Positions 28,101 to 37,832 of a DNA stretch of 64,000 nt are shown in pieces; position 1 is the stretch's first letter; the number at the start of each line of letters is the position of its first letter. Source of the stretch: Bacilli bacterium (GTDB lineage Bacteria > Bacillota_I > Bacilli_A > RF39 > UBA660); NCBI GenBank assembly GCA_017612805.1, contig JAGAFD010000007.1:48616-112615 (forward strand), given 5' to 3'. The translations under genes were made by a program, and so were the position numbers. Below the pieces are notes generated by a model, which was not told where the DNA came from, ran no database searches, and was given only the letters and a program-made list of their open reading frames with translations.

Positions 28101-30320
28101 ATGAAGAAGAAATATAAAGATAGGAATAATTATATTTATCTTGTAGCTGTAGTTACTATTTTAACAATAGTGTTTTTAACTATTGGTTTTTCAGATTCAA
28201 CAATTTATGGAAATATAGATAATATTGGGGCTCGAGTAAGAATTCAAAGAGATATTAGAATAACTGAAGTTACTATTAATAATGCTTTAAATAATGCGGT
28301 TTCTAGTTGGGAAACTGAAAATGTTAAAACCGTTGCTGCGGGAATTAGTTTACCAGATAATAATTCACAAATAACATATAATGTTAAAGTAATGAATATC
28401 GGTAATATGGAAGCAGTGATTTCAAATATTAGTGGTCTTCCTGGTAATTTAACATATACTTTGAATAATTATAATTTAAATGATGTTTTATGTGATGATA
28501 ATAATTCTTCACAATGTAAGCTTGGATCAGTAACAACGATTGCAATTACGATTAAATATGCAGCAAATGGTTATAATAGTAGTAACACTGATTATAATAT
28601 AGCTCTTGATTTTACTTTTGATTATACTGTTGATTCGGTTGCTAAAATTGGAGCAAATTACTATAACACGTTACAAGCAGCAATTAATGCGGTTCCAAAT
28701 GATAAAACAGAAACAACAATTACGTTATTAAAAAATATCAGTGAAACTGTATCAATGACAGAGAATAAAAATATTGTTTTGGATTTAAATTATCATACAT
28801 TATCAAATAATCAAAATAAACCGGTTATTTCAAACAAAGGTATATTAAAATTAACTAATGGTATTATTACTACTGATGCTGCCACAAATGGGGCTGTAAA
28901 TAATGAATCATCTGGTACTATTGTAATTGACGGTGTTAGAATAATTGTTACTGGTGGAAGACAAGCTTTTTATAATAATAAAGGTAAAGCAACGATTACA
29001 GGAAGTTCATACTTATATTCAGAAGCTACTGAAAGAGCTGCTTGTCAAAATGTTTCTGGTGGTACGATGACAATTCTTGGTGGAACAATAATTTCTACTG
29101 GTTCAGCGGCTTTAAATAATGCCGGAACATTAACGATTGGTACTAAAGATGGTGAAGTAAGTTCGCTTATTCCATCTTTCCAAGGTACTACTTATGGTAT
29201 TACTAGTACAACTAATTATAAATTTTATGACGGTATTGTTAAAGCGACAGGGTCAATATTTAATGATGTTAATAAAATTACGGAAAAAGAAGTTAATAGT
29301 AGTTTTATTTATGAAACCGATGGTAATTTAAAAATTGCATATTTAGCACAAGCTTGTGTTGTTACATTCACGGCTAATATCAGTGGGGCTAATTTAAGTG
29401 AATCAAGTAGAAGTGTTTTAAAAAATCATGAACTAGGTACGTTACCAACAGTTACAAAAGCCGGATATGAGTTCTTAGGTTGGTATACGCAATCTTCTGG
29501 TGGTGAACAAATTAATGCTTCCACGGTTATTACTGAAAATATTACCTTCTTTGGTCATTGGATGAAAAATACTGATGTTGCATCTATCGGCGATTCTTAC
29601 TATGGAACATTATCAGCTGCGGTTAATGCCGCACCAGATAATATTGAAACAACTATTACAATGCATAAAACAATTAGTGAATGGGTTGTTATTCCAAGTA
29701 CAAAAAATATTATTTTAAACGGTAATAATATTACTTTAACAAATAATGGTAATAAACCGATAATTGAAAATAATGGAACAATTACCATTAATAATGCTGT
29801 TTTAAATTCTGGGGCAGCCCAAGCAGCAATTAATAACTTGGCTGGTCATTTAATAGTTAATAATAGTCGTGTTGTTGAAACCAGTGCTAAACAAGCAATG
29901 TATATTACTGGAGGTACTGTTGAAATAACTGGAAATTCTTATTTTGAATCACAAACATATGGAACACCCGATGGTAGTACAATGGAAAGAGGTACTGTTC
30001 AAGTAATTTCGGGTAATTTAATTGTTCATAGTGGAACCATTGTTGGTACTAAACAACAAGCTATCTCTAATGAAGGAACATTAACCATTGGGGTTAAAGA
30101 TGGTTCTATTGATAGTTCATCACCAGTATTAATGGGAGCAGTTCATGGTATTAGAAATGCTGGTACTTTCAATTTTTATGATGGTATTATTAAAGGAAAA
30201 AATGATGCTATTTATGGAAATGTTGATGATCAAGAAACTGATTCTCAAATTGTAATTGGTTCAGAAACCATTAGTAATAATACTTATATTACTGCACAAT
30301 TAGTTTTAGATGAGGAGTAA
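28101..30320 (+). CDS. Large secreted protein: TasA-like N-domain, duplicated beta-rich modules and an InlB B-repeat
   Basis: SipW-type signal LTIGFS; TY.V.V.N.G...A; two VA.IG..YY.TL.AA.NA.P modules; LP...K.GY.F.GWY. Confidence 0.75.
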   Translation: MKKKYKDRNNYIYLVAVVTILTIVFLTIGFSDSTIYGNIDNIGARVRIQRDIRITEVTINNALNNAVSSWETENVKTVAAGISLPDNNSQITYNVKVMNIGNMEAVISNISGLPGNLTYTLNNYNLNDVLCDDNNSSQCKLGSVTTIAITIKYAANGYNSSNTDYNIALDFTFDYTVDSVAKIGANYYNTLQAAINAVPNDKTETTITLLKNISETVSMTENKNIVLDLNYHTLSNNQNKPVISNKGILKLTNGIITTDAATNGAVNNESSGTIVIDGVRIIVTGGRQAFYNNKGKATITGSSYLYSEATERAACQNVSGGTMTILGGTIISTGSAALNNAGTLTIGTKDGEVSSLIPSFQGTTYGITSTTNYKFYDGIVKATGSIFNDVNKITEKEVNSSFIYETDGNLKIAYLAQACVVTFTANISGANLSESSRSVLKNHELGTLPTVTKAGYEFLGWYTQSSGGEQINASTVITENITFFGHWMKNTDVASIGDSYYGTLSAAVNAAPDNIETTITMHKTISEWVVIPSTKNIILNGNNITLTNNGNKPIIENNGTITINNAVLNSGAAQAAINNLAGHLIVNNSRVVETSAKQAMYITGGTVEITGNSYFESQTYGTPDGSTMERGTVQVISGNLIVHSGTIVGTKQQAISNEGTLTIGVKDGSIDSSSPVLMGAVHGIRNAGTFNFYDGIIKGKNDAIYGNVDDQETDSQIVIGSETISNNTYITAQLVLDEE

Positions 30321-30425
30321 TAAATTGCTATTAGACACTGATATTTGTGATTTTTTACATATTATTGGTAATTTTGTGTTATAATTCAATTGTAATAGTA
30401 TAAGGATATGTTTGGAGGTGAATAT

Positions 30426-31064
30426 ATGAATAACAATGCTTATAAGATTATTTCAATTATTGCTTTAGTTTTAGGAGTTTTAGGAGTTACTTTAGGATAT
30501 GCAGCTTTTTCTAGTACACTTACTATTTCATCATCAGCTAATGTTACCCCATCATCTTCGACATTTAATGTAGATTTTTCATCAAGTTCTTCTTCTGTTG
30601 TTGCTGATCCAATCACACCAACATTAAATAAAACTGCTACTGGTTTTTCTGCTACCAATGCAACTATTAATAATAGTAGTGATCCAATAATTTCAAATTT
30701 AGTAGCAACATTTACTGAACCTGGACAAAGTGTTACTTATGATTTTTATGCATATAATGCTGGAGAATTTATTGCTTATTTAAATGGTATTAATTTCTCA
30801 GGTTCTAAAACATGTACTGCTGTCACTGGCACAACTCAAGCATTAGTTAATAGTGCTTGTAATGGTATTACGTTAAGTGTAAAAGTTGGTAGTGAAGATG
30901 CAACTACTACTTCTATTGGTAGTATTAGTGGACATTCACTTGCAAAAAATACAGCTGAACAAGTAACAGTAGTTATTTCATATGTTAGTGGTAGTGCGGT
31001 TGCTGATGGTAATTTCAATGTAACATTACCTGATATTGTATTAACTTATGATTCATTAGATTAG
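30426..31064 (+). CDS. SipW-substrate TasA/camelysin-like secreted protein
   Basis: Signal LGVTLGYAAFS; Ser/Thr-rich beta protein with PGQSVTY.F...NAG; adjacent to sipW. Confidence 0.7.
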   Translation: MNNNAYKIISIIALVLGVLGVTLGYAAFSSTLTISSSANVTPSSSTFNVDFSSSSSSVVADPITPTLNKTATGFSATNATINNSSDPIISNLVATFTEPGQSVTYDFYAYNAGEFIAYLNGINFSGSKTCTAVTGTTQALVNSACNGITLSVKVGSEDATTTSIGSISGHSLAKNTAEQVTVVISYVSGSAVADGNFNVTLPDIVLTYDSLD

Positions 31065-31092
31065 TTAGTGTTTTTAAAAAGGAGGAAGTAAT

Positions 31093-32211
31093 ATGAAGCC
31101 TGGATATAAGCGATTAATAATATTTATATTTTGCTTACTTGGTATTCTTATAATCAACTCCTTTTTTTTTAATTTCCTATCGGGTTATCGAATAAGTATC
31201 CTGATTTTTGCTTTATTAGCTTTTTTTCATTGTTATTATGTTTTTGAAAAAAAAGATTTTCGCCATTTTTATGATATATTATTTGAAATCTTTGTCTTTG
31301 TAATGAGCTTTTTTATAATATATTACTTATTTGGAATAATTGTTGGTTTAGCAAAGACGGTTAATTATTTTACAATCAGAGGGATATTTATTATAATCTT
31401 ACCTTTGGTTTTATATATTATTTTACGAGAAATATTAAGATATAACTTATTATTAAAGGCAGATGACAGTAAGATTATTTCTATACTAGTAGTAGTCTTA
31501 TTTGTTATGTTTGATTTAACGAATAGTATTTATTATGCTAATTTAAATTCTGAATATGCAACATTTAGATTCACGGCATTAAGTTTATTGCCTGTTATTT
31601 CATCAAATATTGCTTATTCTTATATTTCTAAGAAAACGGGATATATTCCAATTGTGATCTTTGATTTAATAATGGTTTTATATCCATATTTGTTACCAAT
31701 TATTCCTAATCCAAGTGAATATGTGGTTTCAGTTATTACATTTATTATTCCAGTATTATTTGCATTAAGAATAAGACGATTTTTTAATCGTTATAAAGAT
31801 GATTTTATTCCGAGTAATTATCGTAAAAAAAGATATATTGGTTTGTTTCTACCAGCAATAATTATCATAGTTTTAGTATATTTATATAGTGGTTATTTCC
31901 GTTATTATGCGATTGCTATTGGTAGTGGTAGTATGGAACCGAAGATAAAAAAAGGTGATGTAGTTATTGTAAATCAAAAAACTTCTAAATTTGAAGTTGA
32001 TGATGTTATTGCTTTTAAAGAAAGTGAATATATAATTGTTCACCGTATCGTAAATATTGTTAAAGTTGGCAATGAAGAATATTATTATACTAAAGGAGAT
32101 GCCAATCAAAATATTGATGATTTTGTAGTTGATAAAAAATCAATTATTGGAAAGGTTTATGGAAAAGTGGCATATGTTGGATATCCAACCGTATGGTTAG
32201 GAGAAAAGTAA
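31093..32211 (+). CDS. Signal peptidase I, SipW/Sec11 type, with multi-TM N-terminal extension
   Basis: SGSMEP, GDVVIV, VHRI, TKGDAN (Ser-His type). Confidence 0.9.
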   Translation: MKPGYKRLIIFIFCLLGILIINSFFFNFLSGYRISILIFALLAFFHCYYVFEKKDFRHFYDILFEIFVFVMSFFIIYYLFGIIVGLAKTVNYFTIRGIFIIILPLVLYIILREILRYNLLLKADDSKIISILVVVLFVMFDLTNSIYYANLNSEYATFRFTALSLLPVISSNIAYSYISKKTGYIPIVIFDLIMVLYPYLLPIIPNPSEYVVSVITFIIPVLFALRIRRFFNRYKDDFIPSNYRKKRYIGLFLPAIIIIVLVYLYSGYFRYYAIAIGSGSMEPKIKKGDVVIVNQKTSKFEVDDVIAFKESEYIIVHRIVNIVKVGNEEYYYTKGDANQNIDDFVVDKKSIIGKVYGKVAYVGYPTVWLGEK

Positions 32212-32224
32212 GGAAGTGTGTTTA

Positions 32225-33367
32225 ATGGCTAATACTAAAAAAAGTAAAAGTATTAAAAAAGTACCTAATAATCCTACAAATAAAAAAGATTCTTTAATAA
32301 AAAGAATATCTAATTATTTGAGTTTTAATATGCGTTTTTCTATTGATATCATCTTATTAATGGTATGTGCTTTTGCAATGGTTTACTGTGTTGGTATGGC
32401 TTTTAAATATGCTCAAAACGAATTAATTACTTATACTGAAAATGGTAATGTTGATTATAAAGTTTATTTAAAGAAAAATAATTTTTATGATAAACCTTTC
32501 TTAAATAAAGATATGGTTTATGTAGCTAGTTTAATTGATAAGATAGTGATTGATTTTGATTATAATTTTAATGTTAACGAAGCAAGTGATATTATTTTTA
32601 AATATAATGTGATTGCTAACTTAGTTATTACTAGCCAAAATAATTCTAAAACCTTCTTTGAAAAAGAATATGTTTTGTTAGATGATGTTACTGATGAAAT
32701 AAAGAAAAGTAAAAATTATAATATTAAAAAAGAAGTAGTTATTAATTATGCTAAGTATAATAATTTAGCTAATCAATTTAAATCACATTATGCGGTTAAT
32801 ACGGTTAGTTATTTAGATGTTTATTTACAAGTATTAGAACGTAGTAAAGACTCTAACTTATATCAATTAAATGATACTAATAAAACTTTATTAAGAATAC
32901 CAATTTCAGAGCAAGAAGTTAATATTAATTTGGATAATGAAAAAGTTCATGAAGAAAAACAAGTAGTTTCTAAATCAAGAATCTTAATTAAAAATAAAAA
33001 ATACATTGTAGCAATGGGATTCTTGTTATTTATGATGCTAATTGCATTAATTGGAATTGTTCGTAAAGTGATAACATTAATTGAAGAAATCAGTTATTAT
33101 GATCGTCATGTTAAACGTTTACTTCGTGCTTATGATCGTATTATAGTAAATGTTGTAACGCCACCTAATTTTAAAGGGTATAACGTTATTAAGGTAGAGA
33201 ACTTCCAAGAATTAGTTGATGTACGTGATAATACGAAGGAACCAATTAAGTATTATGTTATTACTCCACATAAGAAGTGTGAATTCTTCTTAACTAATGG
33301 TAAAGATTTATACTTATTTGTAATTGAAGAAATTGGTATGAAAGAAATAATTAAAAACCATTCATAA
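32225..33367 (+). CDS. DUF5305-like membrane protein
   Basis: Two TMs around an extracellular beta domain; C-terminal Y...I.....V..F.ELVD......PI. Confidence 0.6.
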   Translation: MANTKKSKSIKKVPNNPTNKKDSLIKRISNYLSFNMRFSIDIILLMVCAFAMVYCVGMAFKYAQNELITYTENGNVDYKVYLKKNNFYDKPFLNKDMVYVASLIDKIVIDFDYNFNVNEASDIIFKYNVIANLVITSQNNSKTFFEKEYVLLDDVTDEIKKSKNYNIKKEVVINYAKYNNLANQFKSHYAVNTVSYLDVYLQVLERSKDSNLYQLNDTNKTLLRIPISEQEVNINLDNEKVHEEKQVVSKSRILIKNKKYIVAMGFLLFMMLIALIGIVRKVITLIEEISYYDRHVKRLLRAYDRIIVNVVTPPNFKGYNVIKVENFQELVDVRDNTKEPIKYYVITPHKKCEFFLTNGKDLYLFVIEEIGMKEIIKNHS

Positions 33368-33390
33368 TAAATGAATGGTTTTATTATGTC

Positions 33391-33417
33391 ACCTAATATT
33401 TTGATGTTTCATATATT
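33391..33417 (+). promoter_or_regulatory. sigmaK-like promoter upstream of the amidase
   Basis: AC-17 bp-CATATATT. Confidence 0.4.
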
Positions 33418-33433
33418 AATATAGGTGATTAAT

Positions 33434-34459
33434 ATGGCTAAAAAAGTTGTTATTGATGCTGGTCATGGTGGTAGTGATCCGGGTGCTATTGGTAATGAGA
33501 TAACTGAAAAAGATCTTACTTTAAAAATTAGTAATTATATTCACAAAAGACTAAATGAATTAGGAATCGAAAATAGTTTAACAAGAAGTGGTGATGCAAC
33601 ATTAAGTCCTACTGATCGGGTTAAGAAAATATTAAGTTTTTATGGTAATGGTAATGATGTTATTGTTCTTTCTAATCATATTAATGCTGGTGGTGGTGAA
33701 GGTGCTGAAATTATTTATGCTTTAAGAAATAATGATAATTTATCAAAAAAAATATCCGAAAGTTTAGAAGCAAATGGTCGTGAAGTGAGAAAATATTATC
33801 AAAGAAGATTACCTAGTAATCCGGCAAAAGATTATTATTTTATAATGCGCGATACTCCGGATACTGAAAGCATTATTATTGAGTATGGTTTTTTAGATAA
33901 CGTTAGTGATGCTAATAAGTTAAAGAATAATTGGCAAGAATATGCTGAAGCGGTAGTAAAAGGGATAGCCAATTATTTAGGAGTACCATATCAAGAAGAA
34001 ATTAGTGAGATCAATAAATATTACATTGTTAAGAAAGGTGATACTTTATATAGTATTGCTAAGAAATATGGTACTACGGTTGATAACTTAAAACTTATTA
34101 ACAATCTAAATTCTAATATGTTATCAATTGGCCAAAAATTATTATTGGCTAAAGATTCTGAAGATAATATTGATAATCAATATATTGTGAAAAAAGGCGA
34201 TACATTATATAGCATTGCTAAGAATAATAACACAACCGTTGATGACATTAAAATGACTAATAATTTATCTTCTAATTTATTATCGATTGGTCAAAAGTTA
34301 TTAATACCAATAACTTCTATAATATATGAAGTTAAAAAGGGAGATACTTTGTATGGAATAGCTAAACAATTTAATACTACGGTGAATAACTTAATAGATA
34401 TCAACAATTTAAAATCTACTTTACTTTCAATAGGTCAGAAATTATTAATCAAGAAATAA
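33434..34459 (+). CDS. N-acetylmuramoyl-L-alanine amidase with three LysM domains
   Basis: IDAGHGG.DPGA, SNHIN, IEYGF; 3x Y.VKKGDTLY.IAK. Confidence 0.95.
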   Translation: MAKKVVIDAGHGGSDPGAIGNEITEKDLTLKISNYIHKRLNELGIENSLTRSGDATLSPTDRVKKILSFYGNGNDVIVLSNHINAGGGEGAEIIYALRNNDNLSKKISESLEANGREVRKYYQRRLPSNPAKDYYFIMRDTPDTESIIIEYGFLDNVSDANKLKNNWQEYAEAVVKGIANYLGVPYQEEISEINKYYIVKKGDTLYSIAKKYGTTVDNLKLINNLNSNMLSIGQKLLLAKDSEDNIDNQYIVKKGDTLYSIAKNNNTTVDDIKMTNNLSSNLLSIGQKLLIPITSIIYEVKKGDTLYGIAKQFNTTVNNLIDINNLKSTLLSIGQKLLIKK

Positions 34460-34488
34460 GATGTGATATAATGTAGTTAGGTGATAGA

Positions 34489-35523
34489 ATGAATAAGAAA
34501 GTAGTAACAATTATTATATGTACAATTATATTAATATTATTAGCAACGGGAGTGTTGACAGCATTCTTCTATATCAGAGGAAGAAAACCAAATAATAATG
34601 GTGGAAGTAATAATAAAACGAAATATATTTATTTAAATAATCCTAATGTAGCTTATGAATATATTGATTCATATAAAAAATATAGTGATTTTATGGAAAA
34701 ACAAGAAATCACTAAAGATGATGAATATGAATTATTTAGTAAAAATGATTTTAAAGATCAAACTTATTTATTTATCGTAGTTCCATATGATATGTGTAGT
34801 GAAACTATTAAGAGGGATTATTTGAAAAAAGAAGGTAGTACTTATCGATTATATCTAGACATCGCCTATGGATGTGGAGTATGTCCACTTGCTAAAAAAG
34901 TATTTGCTTATAAAGTAGATGATAATTCATTAGAGGTAGAAATATTTACTAAAGAAGTATCAAAAACTCAATGTGATCCTAATGTAGCTTATAAACCAAT
35001 TATTTACATTTATCCGCAAGAAGATCTTGATTTAACAGTTAAACTAGGTAATAAAAATGATTTACTTTATACTTATCCTAAATATAATAATGGATGGAAT
35101 ATTCATGTAAGTAAAGATGGTAATATCTATGACTATAATACTAAAAGAAATTATTATGCTTTATATTGGGAAGGTAAAGATAATTACAAATTAGATATGA
35201 GTAAAGGTTTTGTAGTAAAGGGTAGTGATACGGTTAAATTCTTGGAAGAAAAACTAAGTATTTTAGGATTAAATGACTATGAAATTAATGAATTTATTAT
35301 TTATTGGATTGATAAACTAGAAAATAATAACTATAATTTTATTTCATTTAGAAATCAAAGTGATATGATGCCTTTAAGTTTATCTAAAACTCCTGATACT
35401 TTAATTAGAGTAATGATGGATTATAAACCATTAGATAACTATATAAATGTTGAAGAACAAATATTAACTAAAGTTAATCGTACTGGATTTACGGTAGTTG
35501 AGTGGGGCGGAACTAAACATTAA
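34489..35523 (+). CDS. Membrane-anchored hypothetical protein (KP.IY.YP...VVEWGG family)
   Basis: N-terminal TM; conserved-looking C-terminal motifs. Confidence 0.75.
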   Translation: MNKKVVTIIICTIILILLATGVLTAFFYIRGRKPNNNGGSNNKTKYIYLNNPNVAYEYIDSYKKYSDFMEKQEITKDDEYELFSKNDFKDQTYLFIVVPYDMCSETIKRDYLKKEGSTYRLYLDIAYGCGVCPLAKKVFAYKVDDNSLEVEIFTKEVSKTQCDPNVAYKPIIYIYPQEDLDLTVKLGNKNDLLYTYPKYNNGWNIHVSKDGNIYDYNTKRNYYALYWEGKDNYKLDMSKGFVVKGSDTVKFLEEKLSILGLNDYEINEFIIYWIDKLENNNYNFISFRNQSDMMPLSLSKTPDTLIRVMMDYKPLDNYINVEEQILTKVNRTGFTVVEWGGTKH

Positions 35524-35580
35524 AAAGATGTATATTGATACATCTTTTATTTTTGTTATAATATTAATGAGATGATTAAT

Positions 35581-36552
35581 ATGAAAAAGAAATTTAAGTT
35601 ATTACTATTATTAATTACATTTATATGTTTAGTATTCATAGGAATAATGTTTTATATTCGTAATGTAAGATATACTTTTAAATTAGCAGATAAAGTGTCA
35701 GTTAATTTAAATGACTCAGTTGATCCAGCTAAATATATTAAAGACATGAAAAATGTTAATGTTTATTATGAATCAATTGATACATCAAAAGCTGGTATAT
35801 ATAAAATTAAGTATACAGTTAAAACTAATTTAGGGATTAAAAAGGATTATTATTTAGAAGTTGAAGTTATTGATAATACGCCAGTAATCAAAGTAGAACC
35901 AGAAGTAGAACCAAATCCCGAAAAGGTTGAAATTAAAACTACTGAACCAGTTAAGAATAATAAGGTGGTTAGTAGAACATCAAGTAAAGGTTATAAAGTT
36001 GAAGAAATTAATTCGGTAACATATGTTAATGGTATTTTGATCGCTAATAAAACTTTTTCCCTTCCATCAACTTATAATCCAGGAGGATTAACAAGTGAGG
36101 TTAATGCAGCTGCTGATGAAATGTTTGCGGCTGCTAAAGTGGTAGGATTTGAAATGAAAGCACAAAGTGGTTTTAGATCATATGAAACGCAAAGAAAGTT
36201 ATATAATAATTATGTTAATCGTGATGGCAAAGCAAAAGCTGACACGTATTCTGCAAGACCTGGCCATTCGGAACATCAAACTGGCTTAGCATTTGATGTG
36301 TGTGCTAAAGGTTATGCGTGTATTAATTCTAATTTTAATGGTACTGCACCGGCTAACTGGTTAGCTAATAACGCTCATCTATATGGTTTTATTTTAAGAT
36401 ATCCAAAAGGTAAAACAAATGAAACTGGTTATTTGTATGAATCATGGCATTTTAGATATGTAGGTAAGGAATTAGCAGCAGAATTATATAATAATGGTGA
36501 TTGGATTTCACTTGAAAATTATCTAGGAATTACTTCTGAATACAGTAATTAA
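35581..36552 (+). CDS. M15B D-Ala-D-Ala / LD-carboxypeptidase (VanY/LdcB-like) with Ig-like domain
   Basis: SGFRSY, SARPGHSEHQTGLAFD, ESWHFRYVG. Confidence 0.93.
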   Translation: MKKKFKLLLLLITFICLVFIGIMFYIRNVRYTFKLADKVSVNLNDSVDPAKYIKDMKNVNVYYESIDTSKAGIYKIKYTVKTNLGIKKDYYLEVEVIDNTPVIKVEPEVEPNPEKVEIKTTEPVKNNKVVSRTSSKGYKVEEINSVTYVNGILIANKTFSLPSTYNPGGLTSEVNAAADEMFAAAKVVGFEMKAQSGFRSYETQRKLYNNYVNRDGKAKADTYSARPGHSEHQTGLAFDVCAKGYACINSNFNGTAPANWLANNAHLYGFILRYPKGKTNETGYLYESWHFRYVGKELAAELYNNGDWISLENYLGITSEYSN

Positions 36553-36971
36553 TGTAATTCTTTGCATACTCCAGGATCTGGTTTATAAAAACAATGATTT
36601 TTGTATTTTCCGGCTAGTTGTTGATCGTACCAAGTACTTTTACAATTATAGCCTTTTTTTGGTGCATAAAACCATAAAGCATTAGTTGCTGGATAATAAT
36701 ATTCGCCATTTAATACACGTTTTGCTAAATTTTTTTCTAATGTTGTTGAGGTACTTTGAAATAGTGATGAACTAGTACCAACAAATTGATTCTTTTGGTA
36801 GATAGCATCATAAATTGTTGAAATGTTTTTAAAAGTTAAGCAATTAGCTAAAACACGGTTTACAACTACATTACCAACCATCAACATCCCTAGATTACCT
36901 TCTGCTAGTGCTTCGGCACGCATAATTCTTGCCAATAAATCTAATTCTTTAGTTGTATAGTTAACTAACAT
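36549..36971 (-). CDS. cwlJ: Spore cortex-lytic enzyme CwlJ
   Basis: LLARIMRAEA..EG..GML.VGNV..NR..ANC..FK, LWF, WY.Q, HCFY. Confidence 0.92.
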   Translation of the reverse strand: MLVNYTTKELDLLARIMRAEALAEGNLGMLMVGNVVVNRVLANCLTFKNISTIYDAIYQKNQFVGTSSSLFQSTSTTLEKNLAKRVLNGEYYYPATNALWFYAPKKGYNCKSTWYDQQLAGKYKNHCFYKPDPGVCKELH

Positions 36972-37061
36972 ATATATCACCACTTTATCTTATGCATTTT
37001 TCTAATAAATGTTGTTATTTTTACGATTATATGGTAATATATAGAAGTCTTAAAGATTTAT

Positions 37062-37135
37062 AGAGGTGTAGTTAAATGGTATAATAATGGTCTCCAAAAC
37101 CACTGTTGGGAGTTCGATTCTCTCCACCTCTGCCA
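37062..37135 (+). tRNA. tRNA-Trp (CCA), encoded CCA end
   Basis: Cloverleaf: AGAGGTG/CACCTCT acceptor stem, loop CTCCAAA, TTCGATT T-loop, ends GCCA. Confidence 0.96.
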
Positions 37136-37177
37136 TGGATTATTAAGTAGCTTAGGCTACTTTTTTCATGGTATAAT
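37131..37177 (+). repeat. Cassette head module, copy 1 (TGCCAT + terminator + extended -10)
   Basis: TGCCATGGATTATTAAGTAGCTTAGGCTACTTTTTTCATGGTATAAT; near-identical copies at 38574-38621 and 39068-39115. Confidence 0.9.
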
Positions 37178-37195
37178 AATGTTGGAGTTGATAAT

Positions 37196-37750
37196 ATGTC
37201 TAAATATTTAAAAGTAATGTTTGGTAATAAAGGTGTTAACTTTGAATATAAAATAGATGAAGTAAATGTTTCAAATATTTGGAATCCTAATGCATCTCGT
37301 CCTGAAGAAATGGGTGGATTTAATTTTTCTATTGAAGATAAAATATTAAGATGGTTAGTAAGAGGGGATACTCTTTATGATGTAATAATACCTGATGATG
37401 CTGAAGTAATAGATTGCCCTAGTGAGTCCGCTCCACATGGTGTGTTTAGAAGTAATAAAATAATATTAACTAATCCTAGACCAATGACTGATGAATTAGC
37501 AATGAATTTTTATTTAAAATCTGACTTGCCAGAAAAATCATATTTTAAGTCCCTTGCTGGTGTTGCTATTAGAGGATATAAAAATACAGCCATAAAAATA
37601 ATAGAGGATAAAATTAATAATGATAATATAGATTTAGTATTAAGTGAGATAGAAGATTTTACTAAACCTTATCAAAATGATTTTGATGATACATACACTG
37701 TCTATAATGAAGTAATGCAAAAACTTCAAGATATAAAAGAAAATATGTAG
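37196..37750 (+). CDS. Hypothetical protein (cassette 1 cargo)
   Basis: ORF with SD; its stop codon abuts repeat R1. Confidence 0.8.
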   Translation: MSKYLKVMFGNKGVNFEYKIDEVNVSNIWNPNASRPEEMGGFNFSIEDKILRWLVRGDTLYDVIIPDDAEVIDCPSESAPHGVFRSNKIILTNPRPMTDELAMNFYLKSDLPEKSYFKSLAGVAIRGYKNTAIKIIEDKINNDNIDLVLSEIEDFTKPYQNDFDDTYTVYNEVMQKLQDIKENM

Positions 37751-37780
37751 AGTTTTAAACCCTTATCAATTACGTGCCAT
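37751..37780 (+). repeat. 30-bp cassette junction repeat R1
   Basis: AGTTTTAAACCCTTATCAATTACGTGCCAT. Confidence 0.95.
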
Positions 37781-37790
37781 TTAGAATATT

Positions 37791-37818
37791 AAAACACTAA
37801 CTTAATTGTTAGTGTTTT
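37791..37818. terminator. Bidirectional terminator, family B copy 1
   Basis: AAAACACTAAC-TTAATT-GTTAGTGTTTT. Confidence 0.85.
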
Positions 37819-37832
37819 TTATTTATATAATC

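Noticed and set aside
34020-34455. Triplicated DNA segment in the amidase gene; similar duplications at 49060-49400 and 28640-29800
   Set aside because: Explained by LysM, Ig-like and adhesin protein-domain repeats.
35581-36552. VanY-like gene as a vancomycin-resistance locus
   Set aside because: No van ligase, vanX, vanH or vanRS nearby; most likely a housekeeping carboxypeptidase.
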